DNA from: a virus
IMG/VR virus record: IMGVR_UViG_3300029258_001212
Span: 64,001-128,000 of that record
Reading direction: 5' to 3' (one strand)
DNA length: 64,000 bases
Under the pieces are notes generated by a model. That model was not told the origin of the DNA, did no database searches, and saw only the letters and a program-made list of their open reading frames with translations. Positions 1 through 10,077 of this stretch are shown here, piece by piece. A program made the position numbers and the translations under genes. How positions within the stretch are numbered: position 1 is the stretch's first letter; the number at the start of each line of letters is the position of its first letter.

Positions 1-1
1 T

Positions 2-493
2 TCCTTCAAGTCCATTACCGCTCCCGAGGTTACTCTCGAGGTGGAGGAGCTTGCAGAGGGCACGCACCCGTTCAAGCGGCACCTGATCTCAGGTGGATCT
101 GTGAGCTCCATCACGCTGACCCGCGGGGCCAGCTTCTACGATTCGGAGTTCTGGCGGTGGATCGTGGCCACGGCCAAGGGCAACCCCGGGGGGCCGTTTG
201 GATCCATGAGCGGCAAGCGGCGCAACCTCCTCTTGATCCAGTTCACCGGCTACAGCGCCACGGCCATCGGGGAAGCTGGTGCCGAGCTCCAGGCGGTGGC
301 CCAGGTGGCCCGGGGGTTCCTCCCGGACGTTGGGGGCATCCTTCGGGTTCCAGCCCGGGCATGGCTCCTGATGGATTGCCTACCAATTCGGTATAAGTCT
401 GGGAGTGACTTCGATGCGAGCTCCAGTGAGATCTCGCTGATGGAGCTCGAGCTACATCCGGACCGGATCGAGGAGTTCTCCATCACGGGGTGA
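2..493 (+). CDS. Tail tube protein, T4 gp19-like (5'-partial)
   Basis: Frame is open from the window start (SFKSITAPEVTLEVEELAEG...ITLTRG...FWRW...AWLLMDCLPIRYKSGSDFDASSSEISLMELEL), typical gp19/CIS tube motifs. Confidence 0.85.
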   Translation, partial: SFKSITAPEVTLEVEELAEGTHPFKRHLISGGSVSSITLTRGASFYDSEFWRWIVATAKGNPGGPFGSMSGKRRNLLLIQFTGYSATAIGEAGAELQAVAQVARGFLPDVGGILRVPARAWLLMDCLPIRYKSGSDFDASSSEISLMELELHPDRIEEFSITG

Positions 494-738
494 CCATGAA
501 CCTATCCAGAGCGCAGCGTGAGGCCCTGTGGGCGTATCTCGAGGGCCAGACGACCCAGGAGGCCACCACGGCCAGCATGGTGTTCCCAGCGGCCATCCTG
601 GGGCCAGCGGTGAGTCCCCCGACCATCGTGCGCCGGCCGTGGCCAGCCCCGGTCACCGGAGAGCGCAAGCGCAAGCGCAAGGCCCGCACGCGCGTGCGGG
701 AAGAGACCCTGTTTCCTCACTCCACGGCCGCCAAGTAG
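490..738 (+). CDS. Hypothetical small basic protein
   Basis: 82-aa ORF coupled to the tube gene stop. Confidence 0.45.
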   Translation: MTMNLSRAQREALWAYLEGQTTQEATTASMVFPAAILGPAVSPPTIVRRPWPAPVTGERKRKRKARTRVREETLFPHSTAAK

Positions 739-773
739 TACACTCGGATTCGAATCAGATCCCGCCAGTCCCA

Positions 774-803
774 TTGACATGGGATCTACAACACCTGTAT
801 AAC
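774..803 (+). promoter_or_regulatory. Sigma70-type promoter with overlapping inverted repeats
   Basis: TTGACA (774-779), 18 bp, TATAAC (798-803); IRs TCCCAT-TGAC-ATGGGA over the -35 and GGATCTAC (782-789)/GTAGATCC (810-817). Confidence 0.65.
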
Positions 804-817
804 TCTTGAGTAGATCC

Positions 818-1036
818 ATGGCAGGACGCGGCTACAAATTCCCAGATCCAGAGGACAAGCACACGTTCAACTTCTGGATGAAAAAGTCCCACTACGTGGA
901 GCTCCAGGAGCTCGCCGGATTCGAAAGCCGAAGCGTGGCGGACATTGTGCGGGAGCTGATAGCAGAGCACCTACGTGACAAGTCAGAGGCGGACAAGGCC
1001 AGGCGCCGCCGGACCACCAGGAGGAAAGCCAGATGA
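818..1036 (+). CDS. Ribbon-helix-helix (CopG/Arc-like) DNA-binding protein
   Basis: HTFNFWM beta-strand, helix, then RSVADIVRELIAEHL helix. Confidence 0.7.
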   Translation: MAGRGYKFPDPEDKHTFNFWMKKSHYVELQELAGFESRSVADIVRELIAEHLRDKSEADKARRRRTTRRKAR

Positions 1037-2034
1037 GCACCGATGAGAGCAAGCCCACCGATTCCCGGCCGATGCCCGAAGGCGTCAACTTCGCCCCGCT
1101 CAAGCCGGCCGGCGAGCGCCACCAGGGGCCACCCAAGTCGGACGGTCCGCCCCCTGGCATCCCCGGCGGCCCGGCCCCGGGCGCATCCCTGGGCACGGAC
1201 TTCAAGGGAGCTCACCAGGGAGGCGTCCTGGACGCCCCCAAGCCCCAGGCACCGGCGCCCTATGACATGGACAACGCGGTCCACAGTGGAGGCGAGGTGA
1301 AGCTCCTGGGGGGCGCCATCGAAGAGAACGGTGCGGAGCCCAGGCGCCTGTACCGGGTACTGCTACGTGAGATGACCGGTGTGGAGGAGGACATTCTCAC
1401 CAACGGTCGGATCGAAGCGGCCACCCGGTTCTCCCGGGTGATCTCCGGCTGCATGGAGCGCGTGGGTGGCGATGAGGGTGACTGGATCACGGATCCGCGC
1501 AAGATGCCCGGTCTCTTCGAGGAGTTCACCATCGCGGACCGCACGCTTCTCCTGTTGCACCTTCGGATCATCAGTGTGGACGACGGGGAGTGGTTCAAGT
1601 TCGTCGCACGCTGTCCCCAGTGCGGCGCGGAGAACCGGCTCCGGGTCAACCTCACCGAGCTCGAGCGCCAGCCGATGCTGGATCCGATGGAGCGTGCCTA
1701 CGATGTGACCCTTCCGAGCTCTGGCCACGTGGCGCGGTGCCGGATCATGCTCGGGAAACATGAGGGCATCGTGGCCAAGGCCCAGGAGGCGCGTCGGGAT
1801 CTCCTGTCCGCCGCTCTCCTGGCGCGCGTGGTGGAGATCAACGGGCGCCCAGTGCGGATCCAGGACCTGAAGCAGCTCTCCCTCAAGGACCGCAACTTCC
1901 TCCGCGGTGAATTCGAGAAGCGCGAGGGCGGGATCGACACCAGTGTGGACAACACGTGTGGATCCTGCGGAGCCGGATTCGAAGCCGATCTGGACATCAC
2001 CCAAAAGGATTTTTTCTTCCCCTCGGGGACATAA
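1033..2034 (+). CDS. Tail assembly chaperone / T4 gp26-like hub assembly protein
   Basis: LREMTGVEEDIL, DRTLLLLHLRIIS, CPQC and CGSC Zn ribbons, DFFFP end; lies between tube and tape measure. Confidence 0.75.
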   Translation: MSTDESKPTDSRPMPEGVNFAPLKPAGERHQGPPKSDGPPPGIPGGPAPGASLGTDFKGAHQGGVLDAPKPQAPAPYDMDNAVHSGGEVKLLGGAIEENGAEPRRLYRVLLREMTGVEEDILTNGRIEAATRFSRVISGCMERVGGDEGDWITDPRKMPGLFEEFTIADRTLLLLHLRIISVDDGEWFKFVARCPQCGAENRLRVNLTELERQPMLDPMERAYDVTLPSSGHVARCRIMLGKHEGIVAKAQEARRDLLSAALLARVVEINGRPVRIQDLKQLSLKDRNFLRGEFEKREGGIDTSVDNTCGSCGAGFEADLDITQKDFFFPSGT

Positions 2035-2207
2035 AGGAGCTGGAGCACGAGGTTTTCTACCTTATGGAGGAGCTCCAGATCCCATATAATGATGCGATGA
2101 CAATGCCGAGCTCGAGGCGGTTCAGAATGTGTCAACGCAAGGCAGATCTGGAAGATGCGCGGGAAGCGGCAACAAAGGCAGAGCTAAACAAGATCAAGCG
2201 GGTTTAG
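2010..2207 (+). CDS. -1 frameshift extension of the tail chaperone (G/GT-type, gp51-like)
   Basis: In-phase slippery heptamer T TTT TTC at 2010-2016; -1 frame reads LEHEVFYLMEELQIPYNDAMTMPSSRR and ends at 2207. Confidence 0.7.
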   Translation, partial: FFLPLGDIKELEHEVFYLMEELQIPYNDAMTMPSSRRFRMCQRKADLEDAREAATKAELNKIKRV

Positions 2208-2261
2208 CGCCACGATTGTACTGATTAGATCCACTGGACCCGCCAGGTAGGCGAGCAACCC

Positions 2262-5200
2262 ATGGCGGGCTACAACTTCGGCGGCCTCGGATTCACGTTC
2301 TTCGGCAAGGACGTGACACTCGGTGCGACCCTCAACAAGGTCTCCGAGGGCTTCACGACAGTCTGGAACGGGCTCAAGAATCTGGCCGGCAACGCGGCCA
2401 GGATGACGGGCCGAATCACGTCCAGCTTCAAGGGGCTCGCCTCCCGCGGCAAGGGGCTGATGGGGGCCGTCACCGGCGCCCTGGACAACATGGCCAACCG
2501 GGCCATGAACCCCAACATAGACAATGCCCTGAGCTCCACAGCGGCCCAGTTCCGCAAGACGTGGGGCGAGATCACCGTGGGCATGAACATGAACAGCAAG
2601 GTGGCCAGCCGGTGGAAGTCCGCCCTGAGTTCCGCGGCATACTCGCTCAACACCGACTGGGGGGAGGCGGCGAAAAACTGGGCGGCCTTCCGTCGCCAGG
2701 GGCTCAAGCTCGAGGAGGTGCTGGGCACGAAGGGGATGACGGCTACAGCGCGCCAACTCATCCGGGTCACCTCGGTGCTGGGCATCGAAGGGAAGCAGCT
2801 CGCCCTGATCTACTCTGGGCTCACCAAGGGGTTCGGGTTCACCACGAAGCGCGTGCGCGGGCTGATGGACATGGTGTTCTCCCTGGGCAAGCAATTCAAC
2901 TTCGGCAAGGAGGCGGTCCAAGGGATGCCAGGCATCCTGGATGTGCTCAACAAGGAGCTCGCCGGGATGTTCAAGGGGGCCGGCCCCAAGGACATTGAGA
3001 AGTTCACGTTCTCCATCATGAAGCTGGCGGCCGGCTTCAAGGAGGGGCTCGGCGCCAGCGCGGAGGACGCACTCGAGCTCTCGAAAAACCTGTTCACTAC
3101 CCTGGCCAAGGAGCGCAAGGGCCTCGAGCGGATGTTCATCGGGATGGGGGACGGATTTTCAGGCATTGCCAAGGCGCTGTCCGAAAAGGGCGGGGTCCAA
3201 AAAGCCTTCAAGATGATCATGGCGGACCCCGCCAAGTTCATGGAGGCCCTCCGCAAGATGAGCGCAGACGCGGAGAAGCGCGGCGGCAGCATGGGCGCCA
3301 GCTTCCTCCGGCTCAAGACGAGCATCACGAAGGCTCTGGGGGCCAACGTCTCGTTCCTCGCCACTGGGAAGGATTCATGGAGCAAGGCCAGCAAGGCCAT
3401 GGACACCATGAACAAGATGATCGCCAACCAGTCCAAGTACCTGGGGGCGATGGGCAAGGCGGCCAAGAAAAACTACGGCACCGGGCTCACGAAGGGGGAC
3501 GCCTACAAGCGAATGCTGGACCAGTTCAACATCCGGCTCAAAAAGCTCTCCGAGCCAGGGTTGAACAAGTGGATCAAGATGCAGAAAAAGGGATTCGACT
3601 CCCTGATGGATCGGCTCGGTGGAAAGAACGGGCTGGCCAAGAAGTCGGGTCCGATTGGAGCTCTCACCAGGCGCCTCCTCCTCATGCAGCGCGTGGGTCT
3701 CTCCGGTCTGTTTGTCGGGCTTGGAAACCTGGGGCCCATCATCGAAATGGTGGTCACCAAGATGGGCCCGATGCTCACGGCCTTGGCGGCCATGGGTGTC
3801 TCGTTCGCCTTCCTGGGCAAGCTCCTGTTGCCCGGGGGGATAATTCTCGCTGGGCTGATGCTGTTCCACAAGGGCATCCGCGAAAAGGTCCTGAGCGGCC
3901 TGGAGAAGCTCTGGGAGTACGCCAAGGAGTACCTCCCCAAGATGTGGCCCCAGATCAAGGAGGGGCTCTATCTGGCATGGACGAAAGCCGTCGCGGCCAT
4001 GAATTGGCTCATGGAGGTGGTGAGCCCGATGATGCTTCGCCTGGCGGACGCCATCGCCGGGGTGGACTGGGGCGGCCTGACCATGAAGCTCCTGTCCTAC
4101 ATGGGCAAGTTCTTCCGGGGTCTCTTCGAGGCCATCTTCGGCGGCAAGGAGGCCACGAAGGGGGTCACGGCCGGCGTGGACAAGTCCACGGACACGGCGG
4201 CGAGCAAGTTCGCTGCGGCCGGCAAGAAGCTCGCCGGGGCCATCGGCAAGGCCCTCAAGACGGTGGTGGTCACGGTCGGGAGTCAGATCTACAAGTTCTT
4301 CACCGACTGGTCCATGGGCTTCGAGAAAGGGGTGGCCCAAAAGGGCAAGCTGATCGGCGGGATTTTCATCACGATGATGTTCTTCGGGTCCACCAGGCGC
4401 CTCATGCTCCGGGGCCTGATGTGGATCGCTTCCACGATGTATTCCATGCTCGCCGGGATGCTCACCAAGATGTACGTCTGGGCGGCCGGAATGGCCACCC
4501 AGTGGGGCATCGCATTCTGGCCAGTGGTGGCAGCCATCGCAGTGATCGCAGCCCTGGGGGTGGCGTTCTACGCCCTCACGGGCAAGATGGGCAAGACGGC
4601 GAAGCTCATCGCCAAGATCATCCTGCACCCGTTCCTGATGCTGTGGGACCTAATCCAGCCCGTGATCAAGGCGATCAAGGCGCTCTGGAAGGGCGACGTG
4701 CTGGGGTTTTTCAAGTACGCCGGCATTGCCATGCTCAAGGCAATCACGTTCCCATTCCGCTATCTCGGTGGCGTGGTGGAAAACGCGGTCAACCTGGTGA
4801 GCCACCTGTGGGGCAAGCTGCGGGACTCACTCAGCGCCAGAGGCAAGGGAATCCTGGACGCAATCGCCGGACCGTTCAAGGTGATGTGGGGCGTGATCAA
4901 GCCGTTGATCGATGCGGTTAAGAAGCTGGCCGGTGGGGACTTCGTGGGCTTCTTTAAGAGCATGGGGAGCTTCCTCCTCGAGGCGCTCCTGTTCCCCTTC
5001 AAGATGCTGTGGAAGGGCGTCAAGCTGTTCTACACGTTGATCGTGGAAGGGTGGAAGTCTCTGTACGCCTCGCTCGGTTCCACCGGTCGGGGAATCATGG
5101 ACGCCATCACGTGGCCGTTCCGGATGCTGTGGAAGGCAGCGAGCTGGACTGTGGGCGCGGTGCAGACGGCGTTCCAGGGGATGTGGACAGGACTGAAGTG

Positions 5201-7271
5201 GGTGGCCAACGCCATCTGGCAGGTAATCAGTTTCCCATGGCGGATGCTCTACAAGGTGGTGTCCGGTGTCGTGAACGCAGTGCTCGCGGTGTGGCGCTAC
5301 ATGGGCGACAGCTTGACGACGCTGGCAGAGGGTATCTGGGCGATGATCTCCTGGCCGTTCCGCAAGCTGTGGCAGCTCGCCACTGCGGCCTGGAACGGAA
5401 TCAAGGCCGTCTGGGGCGTAGCGAGCCAGGTGTTCTCCGCCATCGGAAGCGCCATCTACAGCGCGGTGGGCTGGGTGTGGGAGAAGCTCAAGGTGGTGGC
5501 AACGGCGGCCTGGTCTGCGATCAAGGCTGTGTGGAGCACCGTGATCGGGTTCTACAAGAAGATCGGCACAGCGATCTACGATGGTGTCACCTGGGCGTTC
5601 CGCAAGATCAAGGAGGTGGCGCTGGCGGTGTTCGGTGCAGTCAAGGACGCAGCGAAAAAGGTGGCCGGGGCCATCACCGGGTTCTTCTCCAAGGCGTGGG
5701 GCGGCCTGAAGTCTATGGCAAGCAAGGCATGGGGAGGGATCAAGTCCGCGGCGAGCGCGGTGGGCGACAAGGTGCGGGGTGGATTCAGTGCCGTGGGCAA
5801 CGGTCTCAAGTCGTTCTTCGGTGGGGCCACCGAGACGATTGGCGTCAACATCTCGAGCATCACGTCCAGCGTGGACAAGATGGTTGCCAAGATGCAGGCG
5901 GACCAGATTGAAGCGTCCAAGAACATCACCAGGGCGACTACGGTGTCCAAGGACAAACAGGTCACCAATCAGAAGCAGATCAAGGAGACGGCGGACTGGC
6001 TCTGGAACGGCATGAAGCAGGCGGGTGGAGCTGCCCTTAACTTCCTGGGCATGAGCTCGGCCCAGGTGACCACGCAGATGGCCGGCCACATGAACGTCAC
6101 TAGCTCCAACGCGGCCACCACCTGGACGAATGTGAGCTCCGCGGCTGCCCAAGGGAACACCAACGTCGCACGCGCGAGCGCGAGTGGTGCGAACCAGTCC
6201 GCTGCGGCCTACTCGAAGATGCGAGGCAAGGTGGGCGGTGAAATGGTGTCCGTGGGCCAGACTGGCGCCAAGATGTACCAGAAGCTCACCAGGGCCGCGA
6301 GTGACGCGGCGGCTATCCAGATCAAGCTCCAGATGGCGCAGCTATCGAAACAGGCAAAGTTCACGAAACAGACGGCCGAGCTCCAGGAGGTGCTGGGCAA
6401 GATCAACACGCTTCGCCAGCAAGCGGACAAGATGGGCCTGAAGGGCGTTGGGGTCTCCACCAGGGATCTCAAGAAGCGCATCGCTGCCCAAACGAAGATT
6501 GAACGCCAGGCCAGGATCAAGTTCTACGATTGGTGGTCCACCAGGATCGGCTCCCGGGCCAGAGCCATCAAAATGGACGTGTTCGGGCAGAACGTCATGC
6601 CCATGGTCAAGGAGTACCTGGACAAGGGCATGTCCATGCAACAGGCACTCAGCAAGGGCATGATGAAGTTCCAGCGGAAGATGGTGCGCGACCGGGCGGA
6701 CCAGCTCACGCAGCTCTACGCGCAGCTCAAGACGGGCGAGAATCTGTACGATCTACCCAGGGAGCAACGCGAGGCATTCCGTGGGATCTTCCGTCGTCTC
6801 CAGGGAGCTCGAGCGCAGCGGATTTTCAAGGGCCTGGACCTGGGTGCCCTCACGGGTAAAAACGTCGAGTTGAGTCCCAAGATCATCGCGGCCCTCAAGA
6901 AGTTCGATCCGCGCCTGAAGGTAGGCGAGGGGTCCACGGTCTCCGGGATTGGCTTCAAGAAGATCGGCACGAAGGGCCTCGGGAAGGCTCCGGCCATGGG
7001 GACCGGTGGAGCTGGCGCTGGAGCTCGGGCGGGTTTCCGAGCAAGGACGCCTGAGCGCCAGGTGAGCGCCGCTATTTCCAAGGACACGAAGGCGGCCATG
7101 GCGGATGTGAGCGTGGCCATCTCGCAGCTCACCCAGGCCATCAGGACGTTCCAGGTGAACGTCTACATCCAAGGTGACATTGGCAACTATCTGGATGCGA
7201 AGTCCAAGCGAGCTCGGGTGATCAGGCAACGTGCGAACGCGAGCAAGGTCCGGAGTGCCGGCTCGCAATAG
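2262..7271 (+). CDS. Tail tape measure protein
   Basis: 1669 aa, helical, hydrophobic segments and periodic W/F repeats (ITWPFRMLW, ISFPWRMLY, ISWPFRKLW); follows the chaperone. Confidence 0.92.
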   Translation: MAGYNFGGLGFTFFGKDVTLGATLNKVSEGFTTVWNGLKNLAGNAARMTGRITSSFKGLASRGKGLMGAVTGALDNMANRAMNPNIDNALSSTAAQFRKTWGEITVGMNMNSKVASRWKSALSSAAYSLNTDWGEAAKNWAAFRRQGLKLEEVLGTKGMTATARQLIRVTSVLGIEGKQLALIYSGLTKGFGFTTKRVRGLMDMVFSLGKQFNFGKEAVQGMPGILDVLNKELAGMFKGAGPKDIEKFTFSIMKLAAGFKEGLGASAEDALELSKNLFTTLAKERKGLERMFIGMGDGFSGIAKALSEKGGVQKAFKMIMADPAKFMEALRKMSADAEKRGGSMGASFLRLKTSITKALGANVSFLATGKDSWSKASKAMDTMNKMIANQSKYLGAMGKAAKKNYGTGLTKGDAYKRMLDQFNIRLKKLSEPGLNKWIKMQKKGFDSLMDRLGGKNGLAKKSGPIGALTRRLLLMQRVGLSGLFVGLGNLGPIIEMVVTKMGPMLTALAAMGVSFAFLGKLLLPGGIILAGLMLFHKGIREKVLSGLEKLWEYAKEYLPKMWPQIKEGLYLAWTKAVAAMNWLMEVVSPMMLRLADAIAGVDWGGLTMKLLSYMGKFFRGLFEAIFGGKEATKGVTAGVDKSTDTAASKFAAAGKKLAGAIGKALKTVVVTVGSQIYKFFTDWSMGFEKGVAQKGKLIGGIFITMMFFGSTRRLMLRGLMWIASTMYSMLAGMLTKMYVWAAGMATQWGIAFWPVVAAIAVIAALGVAFYALTGKMGKTAKLIAKIILHPFLMLWDLIQPVIKAIKALWKGDVLGFFKYAGIAMLKAITFPFRYLGGVVENAVNLVSHLWGKLRDSLSARGKGILDAIAGPFKVMWGVIKPLIDAVKKLAGGDFVGFFKSMGSFLLEALLFPFKMLWKGVKLFYTLIVEGWKSLYASLGSTGRGIMDAITWPFRMLWKAASWTVGAVQTAFQGMWTGLKWVANAIWQVISFPWRMLYKVVSGVVNAVLAVWRYMGDSLTTLAEGIWAMISWPFRKLWQLATAAWNGIKAVWGVASQVFSAIGSAIYSAVGWVWEKLKVVATAAWSAIKAVWSTVIGFYKKIGTAIYDGVTWAFRKIKEVALAVFGAVKDAAKKVAGAITGFFSKAWGGLKSMASKAWGGIKSAASAVGDKVRGGFSAVGNGLKSFFGGATETIGVNISSITSSVDKMVAKMQADQIEASKNITRATTVSKDKQVTNQKQIKETADWLWNGMKQAGGAALNFLGMSSAQVTTQMAGHMNVTSSNAATTWTNVSSAAAQGNTNVARASASGANQSAAAYSKMRGKVGGEMVSVGQTGAKMYQKLTRAASDAAAIQIKLQMAQLSKQAKFTKQTAELQEVLGKINTLRQQADKMGLKGVGVSTRDLKKRIAAQTKIERQARIKFYDWWSTRIGSRARAIKMDVFGQNVMPMVKEYLDKGMSMQQALSKGMMKFQRKMVRDRADQLTQLYAQLKTGENLYDLPREQREAFRGIFRRLQGARAQRIFKGLDLGALTGKNVELSPKIIAALKKFDPRLKVGEGSTVSGIGFKKIGTKGLGKAPAMGTGGAGAGARAGFRARTPERQVSAAISKDTKAAMADVSVAISQLTQAIRTFQVNVYIQGDIGNYLDAKSKRARVIRQRANASKVRSAGSQ

Positions 7272-7278
7272 GTGACCC

Positions 7279-7605
7279 ATGACGATTGAAATTGATCCCT
7301 ACAGCCGGCTCAACTTCGCGCAGCTCATGACGGGTAGCGATGGCACGCGCGAGGTGGAGTGGTGGGATCTGCCTGTCATTCGCAAGATCAGCCCGGCGGA
7401 TTCGGATACGACGCTGCGGGTGGAGAACCATGTTCGCATTGACCGGCTGGCGAACGATTACCTGAACAGCTCCATCCTGTGGGACGTGATCGCGGAGATC
7501 AACGGATTCCGGCTTCTGCCCATGGCGCTGCGGTTCGGAGACATGATTCGCATCCCGAGCCAGATCCGAACGATGGTCAGCATCCGCGCCAAGGAGGACC
7601 AGTAG
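7279..7605 (+). CDS. Baseplate LysM-like protein (P2 gpX / T4 gp53-like)
   Basis: RIDRLANDYLNSSILWDVIAEING...GDMIRIP motif after the tape measure. Confidence 0.75.
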   Translation: MTIEIDPYSRLNFAQLMTGSDGTREVEWWDLPVIRKISPADSDTTLRVENHVRIDRLANDYLNSSILWDVIAEINGFRLLPMALRFGDMIRIPSQIRTMVSIRAKEDQ

Positions 7606-7606
7606 A

Positions 7607-9058
7607 GTGGCCGGCGTGACCCCCACAGAGCCCTATGACTTCCTGGGGCTGATGATGCAGTGCAATGTCTACGCTGCGGACATCGGCAAGTGGGCCAGTT
7701 TCTCTGTGATGCCAGGCCAGGTGAAGCCGGCTGTCCACCTTCCGTGGTTCTCTTCGATGCAGCAAAAGGAGACCATGAGCGGCTTCGGGGAGGTGACGAT
7801 TAACCTCACTCCGCCCACCTACGAGGAAGCGTTACAGCTCCTCGGGTCTCACTGGCTCACCATCGGCAACACGATGGCGGTGCGCTGGGGCTACACGCGA
7901 CACGCCAGCCACCTTGGGCCGCTCAAATACTACATGATGCTCAAGCCGGACGTGAGCTTCGGGGACGAGTTCACCGTTTCGCTTCGAGGCACCAGCTTCG
8001 GGTGGCTCACGACGCAGCTCCAGAACCAGGATGCGCTGATCTGGAACCATACGTTCGCTGACAGCCAGGGCGGCAAGAAGCGAAAGAACCGGGCCACCTA
8101 TCGCCAGGTGATTGAGCTTGTCGCCAAGCGATACGGGTTCACCATCGACTGGAACGGTGACAAGAAGTATGACTCCAAGCGGTTCTCCCAGGACGCGCGA
8201 ACCATCCTGGACTCGGACAAGGAGCAGATCTGCCAGGGCGGACTGAACGATTGGCAGTTCCTGAAGCACCTGGCGGCGAGGTGCTGTTGCCGAGCCGTGA
8301 TCGTGGGGGGCAACGTGCTCCGGATCAGCGACGTGCGTGAGCCGAAGCAGGCAGACTGGACGTTCCGGTTCCGCGGCCAGCTCGACCTGGCCAACAACGT
8401 GATCCCGATGGACTCGTTCGATTCCGAGTCCACTGCGATGTTCCTGCCCGTGCGCGCGGCCGTGACCAGGTTCCTGGGGCCGGACGACAAGCGGGTGAAG
8501 CTCCACCCGACAGAGAAGACGGACATGGCCACCAGCAAGGCCAAGTCCTACAGCGGGAAGGATGCTCCGGCGGCGCCATCGGACCAGCCCGCCCAGCGCA
8601 GCCAGAGCGGCCAGAATCTACCGCACGATGCCAAGGGAAGTCAGAACGTGCCCATCCCCGGGCGTGAGCAGTTCATCGGGAGCAAGCTCAAGAACCTGTT
8701 TGACTACAACGCGGAGGCGCACGGGGCTAAGGCCAAGATTTCGAGCATCGGGGTGCCGTCTCTGCTACCTGACGACCTGGTGCGCGCCGAAGGGGTGGGG
8801 GACTACTTCACCGGGATGTACCGGGTGTTCGAAATCAACTGGTCCCTCGGTGAAAGCGTGGCGAAGCAGGACGTGGACCTGATGCCCAGGGGATTCCCCA
8901 GCGCCAGCATCGCCAACTGGATGAGCCAGCGCGCGAGCTCTCCCTACGTGGAAAAGGCGGCGAAGAAAGCTCTACAGAAGCGAGCGGCGGTAAGCACGGA
9001 CGCGAATTTCAACTGGACCCGGGAGCTGTACGGCCCCGGCGGGTGGTTTAGGGACTGA
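7607..9058 (+). CDS. Baseplate hub protein (gpD/gp27/VgrG-N-like)
   Basis: Q-x3-NDWQFLKHLA motif; C-terminal IGVPSLLPDDLVRAEGVGDYFTGMYRV. Confidence 0.8.
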   Translation: MAGVTPTEPYDFLGLMMQCNVYAADIGKWASFSVMPGQVKPAVHLPWFSSMQQKETMSGFGEVTINLTPPTYEEALQLLGSHWLTIGNTMAVRWGYTRHASHLGPLKYYMMLKPDVSFGDEFTVSLRGTSFGWLTTQLQNQDALIWNHTFADSQGGKKRKNRATYRQVIELVAKRYGFTIDWNGDKKYDSKRFSQDARTILDSDKEQICQGGLNDWQFLKHLAARCCCRAVIVGGNVLRISDVREPKQADWTFRFRGQLDLANNVIPMDSFDSESTAMFLPVRAAVTRFLGPDDKRVKLHPTEKTDMATSKAKSYSGKDAPAAPSDQPAQRSQSGQNLPHDAKGSQNVPIPGREQFIGSKLKNLFDYNAEAHGAKAKISSIGVPSLLPDDLVRAEGVGDYFTGMYRVFEINWSLGESVAKQDVDLMPRGFPSASIANWMSQRASSPYVEKAAKKALQKRAAVSTDANFNWTRELYGPGGWFRD

Positions 9059-9999
9059 TGGACGCCATCGACGCATTCCTGGGGTTCATTCAGAACCTCC
9101 GCATGTACGGCCTCGAGCACTATGACCGCTGGTATGGCCTCTACCGCGGCGTGTGCGAGGACAATGAGGACCCGGACATGAAGGGACGAATCATCGTGAG
9201 CTGCCAGGCGGTGGCCGGGGATGAGCTCCTGGCGGACTGGGCGTGGCCGGTGGCCCTCGGGGCCGGGGCCCAGGCGGGTATCTTCCATGTGCCAGCCGTA
9301 GGTGACCCCGTGATGATCGCCTTCGAGAACGGCGACTCCAGGTTTCCGATGTACGTGGGCGGATGGTGGGGTAAGCCGGACGGCGTGCTGGACACCCCGA
9401 GCTCCTGTCAGAAGAACCCCCCGCACGTGCGTGCGTGGACGACGCCCAACGGGCACGCCATCGAATTCTCGGATGACCCTGGCAAGGAGTCCGTCACGAT
9501 CAAGTGGCACCAGTCCAAGGACAACAGCCCGGACGGCGAGGACCGCTACAGCTTCATCAGCGTGGACAAGGACGGCTCGGTGCAGGTGCAGGACCACACG
9601 GGCACCAGCATCCTGTTGAACGCGGCAGATGGCAAGGAGGGGCTTACCCTTCGGGACTCCAACGGCAACATCGTGTCCACCGACAAGGATGGGATCAAGC
9701 TGGTCCAGTCGGACGGCGTGTTCATCGAAGCGAAGAAAGACTTGATCCAACTCGCGGGCAAATCAGTGACCGTGGCAGCGGAGGCGTTTGGGGTCACCGG
9801 GGGGAGCACCCTCGGGGACGGGGGCACCGAGCCCCTGGTGCTCGGCAACAAGCTCCTGGCGCTGTGGGGCAAGGCGGTGGCCATCTTCGCCAGCCACACG
9901 CACCCAACCTCATCGCCGGGGGCCCCAACTGGTCCCCCGGCCGGGGCGTGGCCGACGTACACGCCAGACGTGAACAGCACCACCAACAAGGGGAAGTGA
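9058..9999 (+). CDS. Baseplate central spike (gpV/gp5 OB-fold)
   Basis: YRGVCEDNEDPDMKGRI, PAVGDPVMIAFENGDSRFP, beta-helix repeats, terminal HTH metal-binding tip motif. Confidence 0.88.
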   Translation: MDAIDAFLGFIQNLRMYGLEHYDRWYGLYRGVCEDNEDPDMKGRIIVSCQAVAGDELLADWAWPVALGAGAQAGIFHVPAVGDPVMIAFENGDSRFPMYVGGWWGKPDGVLDTPSSCQKNPPHVRAWTTPNGHAIEFSDDPGKESVTIKWHQSKDNSPDGEDRYSFISVDKDGSVQVQDHTGTSILLNAADGKEGLTLRDSNGNIVSTDKDGIKLVQSDGVFIEAKKDLIQLAGKSVTVAAEAFGVTGGSTLGDGGTEPLVLGNKLLALWGKAVAIFASHTHPTSSPGAPTGPPAGAWPTYTPDVNSTTNKGK

Positions 10000-10006
10000 A
10001 CCGGAG

Positions 10007-10074
10007 ACCCTCAAGACTCTTCTCTTCTAAGAGGGGAGATAAGGTTAATTAAGCAGAAGCAACAGGCGTGCCAA
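10007..10074. repeat. Dispersed 68-bp element, copy 1 (minus-strand sigma54 site)
   Basis: ACCCTCAAGACTCTTCTCTTCTAAGAGGGGAGATAAGGTTAATTAAGCAGAAGCAACAGGCGTGCCAA; minus strand begins TTGGCACGCCTGTTGCT. Confidence 0.9.
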
Positions 10075-10077
10075 CTC

